Assembly (NCBI GenBank): GCA_037137395.1
Contig: JBAXKK010000023.1
Location: 1-30,212, forward strand
Direction of reading: 5' to 3'
DNA from: Elusimicrobiota bacterium
GTDB taxonomy: Bacteria; Elusimicrobiota; Elusimicrobia; Elusimicrobiales; UBA9959
DNA length: 30,212 bases
Part shown: positions 1 through 7,973 of the stretch, piece after piece
How the letters are laid out: every line of letters begins with the position of its first letter
How positions within the stretch are numbered: the first letter of the stretch is position 1
Made by a program: the position numbers and the translations under genes
The notes under the pieces: model-generated
The model's database searches: none
Told to the model about the DNA's origin: nothing
What the model saw: the letters and a program-made list of their open reading frames with translations, nothing else

Positions 1-73
1 CGCCTATGGCTTTTTGATATAATAAGCACATAAGGGGGGAGCCGTAGTCCGGCGCCACGTCCCCAATGACCTC
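1..73. repeat. Direct repeat copy 1 (may extend left of the window); promoter/leader-like element
   Basis: 1..55 is identical to 805..859. 57..73 (acgtccccaatgacctc) matches 893..909 (acgtccccaatgatctc) with one mismatch. Confidence 0.9.
15..23 (+). promoter_or_regulatory. Putative extended -10 promoter (TGnTATAAT)
   Basis: TGATATAAT upstream of the MNT gene; the same 9-mer occurs at 819-827 and 3457-3465. Confidence 0.5.
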
Positions 74-84
74 CCGTGTCACAT

Positions 85-396
85 ATGACTAATAAAGAAG
101 CTGAAAAATGGGCTATAGCAGAAACCAGGCGAATCACTCGTTTTGTCCTGAAAGGGCTGAATGTGAGAACATGGCTTTTTGGCTCAAGGGCAACAGGTAC
201 GGCCCGGAGTTTTTCCGATATCGATATAGCGTTGGATGCCGGAGGAAATCCGGTTCCCCGTAACCTGCTGGTGCGCCTGTCATGTGCGCTTGAAGAAAGC
301 CATATCCCTTTCCGGGTTGATATTGTAGATATTCACAGCGTAAATCCTGCCGTCCGGGAAAACATAATAAGAGAGGGCCAGTTATGGATAGATTAA
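85..396 (+). CDS. mntA: Minimal nucleotidyltransferase (MNT) antitoxin, MntA-like
   Basis: LFGSRATG...SDIDIA (GSx10DxD) and VDIV motifs; about 103 aa from ATG 85 (alternative GTG 76); overlaps the HEPN gene. Confidence 0.85.
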   Translation: MTNKEAEKWAIAETRRITRFVLKGLNVRTWLFGSRATGTARSFSDIDIALDAGGNPVPRNLLVRLSCALEESHIPFRVDIVDIHSVNPAVRENIIREGQLWID

Positions 397-785
397 AAAC
401 ACGATTGGACGAATCTCAAAAGGCCTGTAAAACATTCCTGGACGCGATAAATGTAAGGAATCCCAGTACGCTTGAAAGGGACGGCACCATCCAAAGGTTT
501 GAATACACTTTTGAAACCGTATGGAAAACAGCTCAGTTATATCTAACAGAAGTGGAAAGTCTCCCCGCCAATTCCCCTAAAGGGGTTTTTCGCGTTTTGG
601 GAGAGTCGGGCATACTTTCTGCCGATGAAACCATACAAGCGCTGGCAATGGCGGATGACAGGAACAAGACAGTGCACACCTACATTGAGGCAGTAGCGGT
701 ACAGATATACAGCCAGCTTAAAGAATACTCGGTTTTGCTGGCTGAAATAGTCCGCCGAATCACCGCAAAAACCGACAAACTCTGA
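384..785 (+). CDS. hepT: HEPN RNase toxin (HI0074 / nucleotidyltransferase substrate-binding family), HepT-like
   Basis: RDGTIQRFEYTFETVWK and RNKTVHTY (Rx4HxY) motifs; paired with the MNT gene. Confidence 0.85.
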   Translation: MDRLKTRLDESQKACKTFLDAINVRNPSTLERDGTIQRFEYTFETVWKTAQLYLTEVESLPANSPKGVFRVLGESGILSADETIQALAMADDRNKTVHTYIEAVAVQIYSQLKEYSVLLAEIVRRITAKTDKL

Positions 786-804
786 GCCCTTTTCGCACCG
801 CTAT

Positions 805-909
805 CGCCTATGGCTTTTTGATATAATAAGCACATAAGGGGGGAGCCGTAGTCCGGCGCAGTGAGACGCGTGAATAACCAAGAAACAAAGCAACGTCCCC
901 AATGATCTC
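805..909. repeat. Direct repeat copy 2, with about 32 bp extra internal sequence
   Basis: 55-bp identity to 1..55, then 860..892 absent from copy 1, then the acgtccccaatga block. Confidence 0.9.
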
Positions 910-1047
910 ACGGAGCCGGAAATTTCAACCAGGCCGGTAGGTCCGCGGAAGACCCGAAACGTTTTAGTTGCCGCTGTTTTGGGACTGATCGGCGGCGCCA
1001 TTCTGGTATTTTTTATTGATTTTACAAGCAAATACAGAAAGCCTTAA
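910..1047 (+). pseudogene. wzz: C-terminal remnant of a Wzz/polysaccharide co-polymerase
   Basis: Manual translation TEPEISTRPVGPRKTRNVLVAAVLGLIGGAILVFFIDFTSKYRKP*: Pro-rich segment then a Gly-rich TM helix, typical of PCP TM2. No canonical start; upstream in-frame stop at 871-873. Confidence 0.65.
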
Positions 1048-1072
1048 AATTCCTGTCTAGTTGATTCTTGTT

Positions 1073-1139
1073 GTGCCATAATATCGCGTTGCTGCTTGTT
1101 CGGTTCGGCATTTGGGGCTCTGATTGGATATTATGGCAC
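1073..1139. repeat. Perfect 13-bp inverted repeat with a 41-bp spacer
   Basis: gtgccataatatc (1073-1085) and gatattatggcac (1127-1139). Confidence 0.8.
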
Positions 1140-1405
1140 CTCCGGCCTAGTTTCTGGACCATTCGGTCCTTATAATTTGCCCTTAAGGCCCTATTACTTT
1201 AATAATGGATGTTATAAAATATCTATATGGCCGAAACAAATACCAATCAACCCGTAACCAAAGGAACTTTATCGAGGCTTTCAAGTTGTATGTTCGGCAA
1301 GTTCTAGTTGCCGTTCTGGTGGCCTAGCCGGTAAGCGTCCGGTAAATGGCGCCTTTCTGGAACGCAAATTGCTAAATTTCAAGACTTGGCCCCAGTGCGT
1401 AATTT

Positions 1406-2563
1406 ATGATGAAAAACAATGATATTGCTGTTTCTGTTGTTGGCCTTGGGTATGTCGGCCTTCCTGTCGCTGTGGCTTTTGGAAAAGTCGGGCGAACTAT
1501 TGGCTTTGATATAAGTAAAAAAAGAATTGAAGAACTTAAATCCGGATATGACCGGACCAACGAGGTATCGGCAGCCGACCTAAAAGCTGCTAATATACTT
1601 TTCACAAGCTAAATTGCTGACTTGAAAACTGCTAACTTTCACATAGTCGCCGTCCCTACGCCGGTAGATAATGCCAACAACCCTGATCTTTCTTTAGTGC
1701 TGCGCGCGTCCGAGACGGTCGGGAAAGTCTTAAAACCCGGAGATATTGTGGTCTATGAATCCACCGTATACCCCGGCGCCACGGAAGAGGAATGCGGCCC
1801 CGTGCTGGAAAAAGCCAGCGGTCTCAGATGCGGCGTGGATTTTAAAATAGGCTACAGCCCCGAGCGCATTAACCCCGGAGATAAAGAACACTCTTTTGCC
1901 AAAATCACAAAGGTGGTTTCCGGCCAGGACGCGCAATCGTTGGAAATAATAGCTTCGGTTTATGGCTCAGTGATTACCGCCGGCGTGCACCGCGCGCCCA
2001 GCATTAAGGTAGCCGAAGCCGCTAAGGTAATCGAAAATACCCAGCGCGATATCAATATAGCTCTGATGAATGAATTGGCGATTATTTTCGACTGCCTTAG
2101 TATTGATACCGAGGCTGTTCTCTCGGCTGCCGGTACAAAGTGGAATTTTCTTAATTTTAAGCCGGGGCTGGTGGGGGGGCATTGCATCGGCGTTGACCCG
2201 TATTACCTTACCCATAAAGCCGAAACCGTGGGCTATATCCCCCAGGTTATACTCGCGGGGCGCAGGATAAACGACAGCATGGGAAAGTTTATCGCACAGC
2301 GTACAATTAAAGAAATGATTCGCGCTGGGCATTCCATCCAGGGCTGTACCATAACTGTTTTAGGGCTTACTTTTAAAGAAAATTGTCCGGACTTGCGTAA
2401 TTCCAAAGTTGTAGACATCATAAGAGAGTTGCAGAGTTATGGAGTTAATGTGCAAGTGTGTGATCCAATGGCTGATGCCGCGGAGTCATTGCGCGAATAC
2501 GGCATTTCTCTGATCCCTTTGGATGAATTAGTGCCGGCTGCGGCTATAGTCCTGGCAGTCGCG
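1406..2563 (+). pseudogene. UDP-HexNAc/UDP-glucose 6-dehydrogenase (TviB/WbpO/WecC family), disrupted
   Basis: [45 protein letters not shown] and [17 protein letters not shown] motifs. In-frame TAA at 1610-1612 (ORFs 1406 and 1622 share a frame). C-terminus replaced by IstB after ...IVLAVA. Confidence 0.9.
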
Positions 2564-3295
2564 AAGGGGTTCGAGCAGCGGCTGGGCAGCGTAAAGAACG
2601 CAGAGATAAGCCACGGGGAGTTTGTTGGTCTGCTGGTGGAGGACGAGAAGCTGTACCGTGAGAACCGGCGGCTGCAGCGGCTGCTTGGTAAGGCCAGGCT
2701 GCGGCAACCGGCGGCGATGGAGGACATCGACCATAGGCACAGCAGGGGGCTAAGCCGGCAGGTAGTGGCCGAATTGTCGGGAAGCCGGTGGCTTGAGACA
2801 CACCGGACGGTTATTTTAACCGGGCCCACGGGTATAGGGAAAAGTTATCTTGCCTGCGCATTGGGCAATCACGGGGCACGGGCCGGGTTTACGGTGCAGT
2901 ATTACCGCGCCACGCGGCTATTCGAGCAGCTTATGCAGGCACGCGGGGACGGCACGCATTTGAAACTGCTGGCCAAGCTGTCAAAAGTTCAACTGCTGAT
3001 CATAGACGACCTGATGATGACGCCGATGACGGAGGAGGAGCGCCGCGACTTCTTTGAAATAGTGGAGGACAGGTATGAACGTTCGGCCACGGTGGTATCC
3101 AGCCAATGCCCGGCAAATCGGTGGCACGAGGGGATAGGCGACGAAACGATAGCGGACGCGATATGCGACCGGCTATTCCATAACGCCTACAAAATAGAAC
3201 TGAAGGGCCCGTCCATCCGGAACGACAAGCAGCGTGGAGACGGTCCCGAGAAAAAAGACGATGGGAATTTGGAATCAGGCGTGAAGAAAAGATAG
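2561..3295 (+). pseudogene. istB: IS21 helper AAA+ ATPase IstB, N-terminally truncated and fused in frame to the dehydrogenase
   Basis: Walker A GPTGIGKS, Walker B LLIIDD, EIVEDRY, AICDRL and IELKGPSIR motifs. Confidence 0.9.
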
Positions 3296-3331
3296 ACTAA
3301 AAACATCCGGTGCTACAGAGGTGGTCAGGCA

Positions 3332-3400
3332 CTGACCGGCATCAGCAAGAACGCTGACCGGGATAAAAGAGAACCCTGACCGGATTGCCGAGAATACGCA
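3332..3400. repeat. IS21 right-end transposase-binding repeats and terminal repeat
   Basis: ctgaccgg at 3332, 3354 and 3376; ends in CA as for IS21 TG...CA termini. Confidence 0.8.
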
Positions 3401-3533
3401 GCGTAGTTATTCGCTTCCGGCATATTTTCTGCCTATGGCATGCGTTATTCTCCAAATGATATAATAAGGATATCGAAGGATATACAGGCCTTTGGGCCGT
3501 AACTGGGCTTTACTGCTAATTAAATATACTGTC

Positions 3534-3547
3534 CCCGGAATTCCGGG
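3534..3547. other. Perfect 14-bp palindrome upstream of gmd
   Basis: cccggaattccggg. Confidence 0.6.
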
Positions 3548-3577
3548 ATCTTAAGAAATTGCGGGCGGATGTATCCA

Positions 3578-4612
3578 ATGAAAAAAGCTTTAATTACCGG
3601 AAACCGTGGGCAGGACGGAGCCTATCTTAGCCAATTACTGCTGGCAAAGGGATACGAAGTGTACGGCGCGGACCGCAGCGGCGATTCCGGATTGTGGCGC
3701 CTGCGCGAATTGGGAATAGAGAGCCGTGTAAAAGACATTTACATGGACATCCTGGAACTTTCCAATATAATGGATGTGGTTCAGCGCATCCAGCCCGACG
3801 AGATTTACAATTTTGCCGCGCAAAGTTTCGTGCAGATGTCATTTGACCAGCCCATCCTGACCGCTGAAATAAACGCTATAGGTGTGACTAGGTTGCTGGA
3901 GGCCATGCGCAAGATGTGCCCTGACGCCCGTTTTTACCAAGCCTCTACTGGCGAGCTATTCGGCATGATGGATAATATTCCACAGAGTGAAAGCACCGCT
4001 TTTTACCCCAAAAGTCCGTACGGGGTTTCAAAACTTTACGCCCACTGGATAACTGTAAATTATCGAGAGGCTTACGCCTTGCACGCGTCTAACGGTATAC
4101 TTTTTAACCACGAATCCCCGCTGCGCGGTGAGGAATTCCTTACTCGCAAAATATCTCTGGCCGCGGCGCGTATAAAGAAAGGATTGCAGGATAAGGTGTC
4201 GGTCGGCAATTTGGAGGTTCGGAGAGATTGGGGCTACGCCAAAGAATATGTTGAGGGTATGTGGAATATGCTTCAACAGGAAAAGGCTGGTGATTACATC
4301 CTGGCGACAGGTGAAACCCACTCCGTGCGCGAATTTATTGAGGCTGCTTTTTCTGCCGCGGGATTTACACTTGAATGGTCGGGTAAGGGCTTGGCCGAGA
4401 ATGGGGTGGACGTTAAAACAGGAAAAACTCTGATTGAAGTTTCCAAAGAATTTTACAGGAAGTCCGAGGTTGACCAGATTTCGGGAGACGCTTCAAAAGC
4501 TCGGGCGGTGCTGGGCTGGCTGCCAAAAACAAAATTTAATGACCTGGTGTCGCTTATGGTAGATGCGGATATAAAACGCCTTGAAAAAACAGGTTGTGCT
4601 GGTTCGGTGTAA
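3578..4612 (+). CDS. gmd: GDP-mannose 4,6-dehydratase
   Basis: ALITGxxGQDGAYL, AAQSFV, SPYGVSKL (YxxxK), ILFNHESPLRG and RDWG motifs; start ATG 3578 or 3569. Confidence 0.93.
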   Translation: MKKALITGNRGQDGAYLSQLLLAKGYEVYGADRSGDSGLWRLRELGIESRVKDIYMDILELSNIMDVVQRIQPDEIYNFAAQSFVQMSFDQPILTAEINAIGVTRLLEAMRKMCPDARFYQASTGELFGMMDNIPQSESTAFYPKSPYGVSKLYAHWITVNYREAYALHASNGILFNHESPLRGEEFLTRKISLAAARIKKGLQDKVSVGNLEVRRDWGYAKEYVEGMWNMLQQEKAGDYILATGETHSVREFIEAAFSAAGFTLEWSGKGLAENGVDVKTGKTLIEVSKEFYRKSEVDQISGDASKARAVLGWLPKTKFNDLVSLMVDADIKRLEKTGCAGSV

Positions 4613-4724
4613 TTTTTACCTATAGCCTAATGTTTAAAGTTTAGGCACCAGTATTTCAATGACTCATAATTAAACCGGGGTCTGACACTGTTTAGTTAAT
4701 ATGCGCAGAGGGTACGAAGCTATT

Positions 4725-5291
4725 ATGAGCACACCCAGATTTGAAATTACCGATACGCCGCTTGCGGGATTGAAAGTCATACAGCGCAAGCCGGTAGAAG
4801 ACGCTAGGGGCTTTTTGTGCCGGTTTTTCTGCGCTGAGGACCTCTCTTCTATAGGGTTTCATAAACCGGTAGCTCAAATTAACCACACCCGTACCCATAA
4901 GATTGGAACTGTGCGCGGCCTGCATTTTCAGTACGCTCCCGCGGCCGAAGCCAAGTTCATAAGCTGTATAAAAGGCGAAGTATATGATGTCGCAGTAGAT
5001 ATACGGCAGGGCTCGCCGACCTTTTTGTGCTGGCATGCGGAACTGCTTTCAGCCGATAATTATAAAAGTTTTTTTCTCCCGGAAGGCTTTGCGCACGGGG
5101 TCCAGGCTCTTACGGATAACTGCGAAATGCTGTATCTGCATTCGGAAAGCTATAAGCCGGAAACTGTGGGGGCACTGAATGTTCTGGATCCTAAAATTGC
5201 AATTAAATGGCCTTTAGAAATTTCCGAACTATCAGATCGTGACCGTCAGCACCCGTTCGTGAATAATGACTTTAAAGGGGTTGTCATATGA
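4725..5291 (+). CDS. rfbC: NDP-4-keto-6-deoxyhexose 3,5-epimerase (RmlC/RfbC cupin family)
   Basis: DARGF, GTVRGLHFQ, DVAVDIRQGSPTF, PEGFAHG and LSDRD motifs; start 4725 or 4701. Confidence 0.88.
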   Translation: MSTPRFEITDTPLAGLKVIQRKPVEDARGFLCRFFCAEDLSSIGFHKPVAQINHTRTHKIGTVRGLHFQYAPAAEAKFISCIKGEVYDVAVDIRQGSPTFLCWHAELLSADNYKSFFLPEGFAHGVQALTDNCEMLYLHSESYKPETVGALNVLDPKIAIKWPLEISELSDRDRQHPFVNNDFKGVVI

Positions 5292-6514
5292 AATGTAGGC
5301 ACTGTAACGCTGATGTTAGTTTGCCTTTTATTGATTTGGGCACGGCACCGCCGTCCAATGCGTATTTAACTGAAATAACACTGCGTGCTCCGGAAAAATG
5401 GTTCCCGCTGCGTGTGCTGGTATGCACTAATTGCTGGCTGGTGCAAACTGAAGATTATTCCAGAGCTGAAGAGTTGTTTTCCTCTGATTATGCGTATTTT
5501 AGTTCCTATTCAACTATTTGGTTGGAACATGCAAAAAAATACACCAATGATATGGTGGAACGTTTTAAATTAGATAACACCAGTAAAGTCGTTGAAATCG
5601 CTGCAAATGATGGATATCTTTTGCAATATTTTAAGGCTAAAAATATCCCATGTCTTGGTGTGGAGCCTACCTCAGGAACAGCGGCTGCCGCAAGGGCAAA
5701 AGGAATTGAAATAATCGAGGATTTTTTTGGTGCAAAACTAGCGAAAAAAATGGTCCAGCAAGGTATTCAGGCGGATCTCATTGCCGGGAATAATGTGCTT
5801 GCTCATGTGCCGGATATAAATGACTTCGTACAGGCTTTTGCCTTGATTCTTAAATCAAAAGGCGTTGCCACTTTTGAATTCCCACATCTCCTTAGGTTAA
5901 TCGCAGAAAAACAGTTTGACACAATTTACCATGAGCACTTTTCATATCTCTCCCTCACGCATCTGCTCCGTATTTTTAAACACAATGGACTTGAGATATT
6001 TGATGTGGAAGAATTAGTAACCCATGGCGGCAGCCTCCGAGTTTTTGCCCAGAGGCTTGACTCCTCCCCCTATGAGGTAAATCAGCGGGTAAAGGAATTG
6101 CAGGAAAGAGAGATCTCTGCCGGAATGACAACAACGGCATATTACTCTGGCTTTCAGGAGAAAGCGAATTTGGTAAAGAATGACCTTGTCTCATTTCTGT
6201 TGGAAGCCGCGCGTTCCGAAAAAAAAGTTATAGCTTATGGCGCCGCCGCTAAGGGGAATACGCTGCTTAACTACGCCGGTGTACGCACCGATCTTATCCC
6301 CTATGTTGTCGACCGCAGCCCTTCCAAGCAGGGGAAATATATGCCGGGCAGCCGTATCCCTATTGTTGATGAGTCAATCATCCGGGTGGAAAAGCCGGAA
6401 TATATTCTAATTTTACCTTGGAACATTCGCACCGAGGTGATGGAGCAACTGGCATACATCCGCGAGTGGGGTGGGAAGTTCGTGACGGCAGTCCCTTCAT
6501 TGGAGGTAAAGTGA
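5288..6514 (+). CDS. NDP-hexose 3-C-methyltransferase family (Zn-binding N-terminus, SAM-dependent)
   Basis: CRHC...CTNC Zn site; EIAANDG, NNVLAHVPD, DTIYHEH, THGGSLR and YGAAAKG motifs; ATGA overlap with rfbC. Confidence 0.88.
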   Translation: MKCRHCNADVSLPFIDLGTAPPSNAYLTEITLRAPEKWFPLRVLVCTNCWLVQTEDYSRAEELFSSDYAYFSSYSTIWLEHAKKYTNDMVERFKLDNTSKVVEIAANDGYLLQYFKAKNIPCLGVEPTSGTAAAARAKGIEIIEDFFGAKLAKKMVQQGIQADLIAGNNVLAHVPDINDFVQAFALILKSKGVATFEFPHLLRLIAEKQFDTIYHEHFSYLSLTHLLRIFKHNGLEIFDVEELVTHGGSLRVFAQRLDSSPYEVNQRVKELQEREISAGMTTTAYYSGFQEKANLVKNDLVSFLLEAARSEKKVIAYGAAAKGNTLLNYAGVRTDLIPYVVDRSPSKQGKYMPGSRIPIVDESIIRVEKPEYILILPWNIRTEVMEQLAYIREWGGKFVTAVPSLEVK

Positions 6515-7638
6515 AACCGCGTATATACTACACAAAACCTTCGATTACAGAAAAGGAAATTGAGTATGCGACTGAAGCCGCCACAAACGGTTGGGGCGAT
6601 CGCTGCTATGAATACATCACCCGCTTTGAGGAGGCGTTCCGGCAGCATCTTGGTGTAAAATATGCAATCGCCACTTCAAGCTGCACGGGAGCTTTGCACC
6701 TAGGGCTTGCCGCGCTGGGTGTTGCCCCCGGTGACGAAGTCATTCTGGCTGATATCAACTGGATTGCTTCCGCTGCGCCGATAACCTATCTGGGAGCAAA
6801 ACCTGTATTTGTTGATATTTTGCAGGATAGCTGGTGTATTGATCCCAAGAAGGCCGAAGCGGCCATTACAGCCAAGACTAAAGCCATTATTGCAGTGCAC
6901 CTCTACGGCAACCTATGTAACATGAAAGCCTTGCTTGACATCGGCAGACGCCACAATATTCCTGTTATCGAAGACGCTGCCGAGGCTATTGGTTCCGTCT
7001 ACTATGGCAAGAGAGCTGGAAGCTTGGGTGCTTTTGGGACCTTTTCCTTTCATGGATCGAAAACCATCACCACTGGAGAGGGGGGCATGTTCGTTACAAA
7101 TAATGAGGAACTTTACGAAAAAGTACTCACCCTCAGCAATCACGGGCGTGCCCGCGGACAAATCAAGCAGTTCTGGCCGGGCATAGTTGGTTTCAAATAC
7201 AAAATGTCCAATATACAGGCAGCCATTGGGTGCGCGCAGATGGAGCGAGTTGAGCAGCTTATTGCCGGGAAGCGCCGCATATTTAAAGCTTATGAACAGG
7301 CACTTTTTGGATTACCAGTGAAGATGAATCCGGAGACTGAAGGAACCATAAATGGGTACTGGATGCCAACTGTTGTATTTGACAATGGTCTTGGCCTTGA
7401 ACGCGAAAAGCTCCTGCAGGAATTCCGGTTGAATAATATAGACGGACGGATTTTCTTTTATCCTTTAAGTTCACTGCCGTCATTCACTAAGCAAACTAAT
7501 AACATCATTAGTTACGATATCTATGCAAGAGCAATTAATTTGCCAACTTATCATGATATAACAGTCGAAGATATAGAAAGAGTGGTTTATATAATAAAAG
7601 ATATTATTTCTGCATCTTTTACAGGCAAACGGCTATAA
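6511..7638 (+). CDS. DegT/DnrJ/EryC1/StrS PLP-dependent sugar aminotransferase (perosamine-synthase-like)
   Basis: SSCTGALHL, EDAAEAIG and FSFHGSKTITTGEGG motifs. Likely start GTG 6511 with GGAGG SD and GTGA overlap. Confidence 0.9.
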   Translation: MKPRIYYTKPSITEKEIEYATEAATNGWGDRCYEYITRFEEAFRQHLGVKYAIATSSCTGALHLGLAALGVAPGDEVILADINWIASAAPITYLGAKPVFVDILQDSWCIDPKKAEAAITAKTKAIIAVHLYGNLCNMKALLDIGRRHNIPVIEDAAEAIGSVYYGKRAGSLGAFGTFSFHGSKTITTGEGGMFVTNNEELYEKVLTLSNHGRARGQIKQFWPGIVGFKYKMSNIQAAIGCAQMERVEQLIAGKRRIFKAYEQALFGLPVKMNPETEGTINGYWMPTVVFDNGLGLEREKLLQEFRLNNIDGRIFFYPLSSLPSFTKQTNNIISYDIYARAINLPTYHDITVEDIERVVYIIKDIISASFTGKRL

Positions 7639-7716
7639 ATAGTGGAATTAATATGCATTAATTCCTCTCATGGTCGGAATAGACTAAAATAGTGTTATAA
7701 AAAGGAGACATTTGTT

Positions 7717-7956
7717 ATGACTAACAGAGAAAAATATGACAAAATTTTCATGGATTGTTTTTCCGTAGAGAAGAGTAAGCTAAATGATAAATTTGTGTAT
7801 CAATGTGTTACAGATTGGGATTCGATAGGGCATATGGGTATGATTGCGGCGATAGAGGAAGCGTTCGCTGTTATGATGGAAACAGATGATATTATAGATT
7901 TCAGTTCATACACAAAAGGCCTGGAAATTTTGTCAAAATATAAGGTCGTATTATAA
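7717..7956 (+). CDS. Acyl carrier protein
   Basis: 79 aa, acidic, WDSIGHM phosphopantetheine Ser motif, AAGGAG SD. Confidence 0.85.
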   Translation: MTNREKYDKIFMDCFSVEKSKLNDKFVYQCVTDWDSIGHMGMIAAIEEAFAVMMETDDIIDFSSYTKGLEILSKYKVVL

Positions 7957-7973
7957 CGGGGACCTCAAAGACA

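Larger units (their letters stand above)
2561..3400 (+). mobile_element. Partial IS21-family insertion sequence (truncated istB plus right end)
   Basis: IstB sequence, higher GC than the flanks, three ctgaccgg repeats at 22-bp period, terminus ...gagaatacgCA at 3400. No istA or left end. Confidence 0.85.

Noticed and set aside
31..75. Fluoride riboswitch or group II intron domain V
   Set aside because: Only short words match (aatgacctcc; gagccgta...cacgt); the required consensus and pairing are missing.
1227..1327. Frameshifted small ORF or Wzz N-terminal relic (MAETNTNQPVTK / NFIEAFKLYVRQVLVAVLVA)
   Set aside because: Too short and weak to support without a search.
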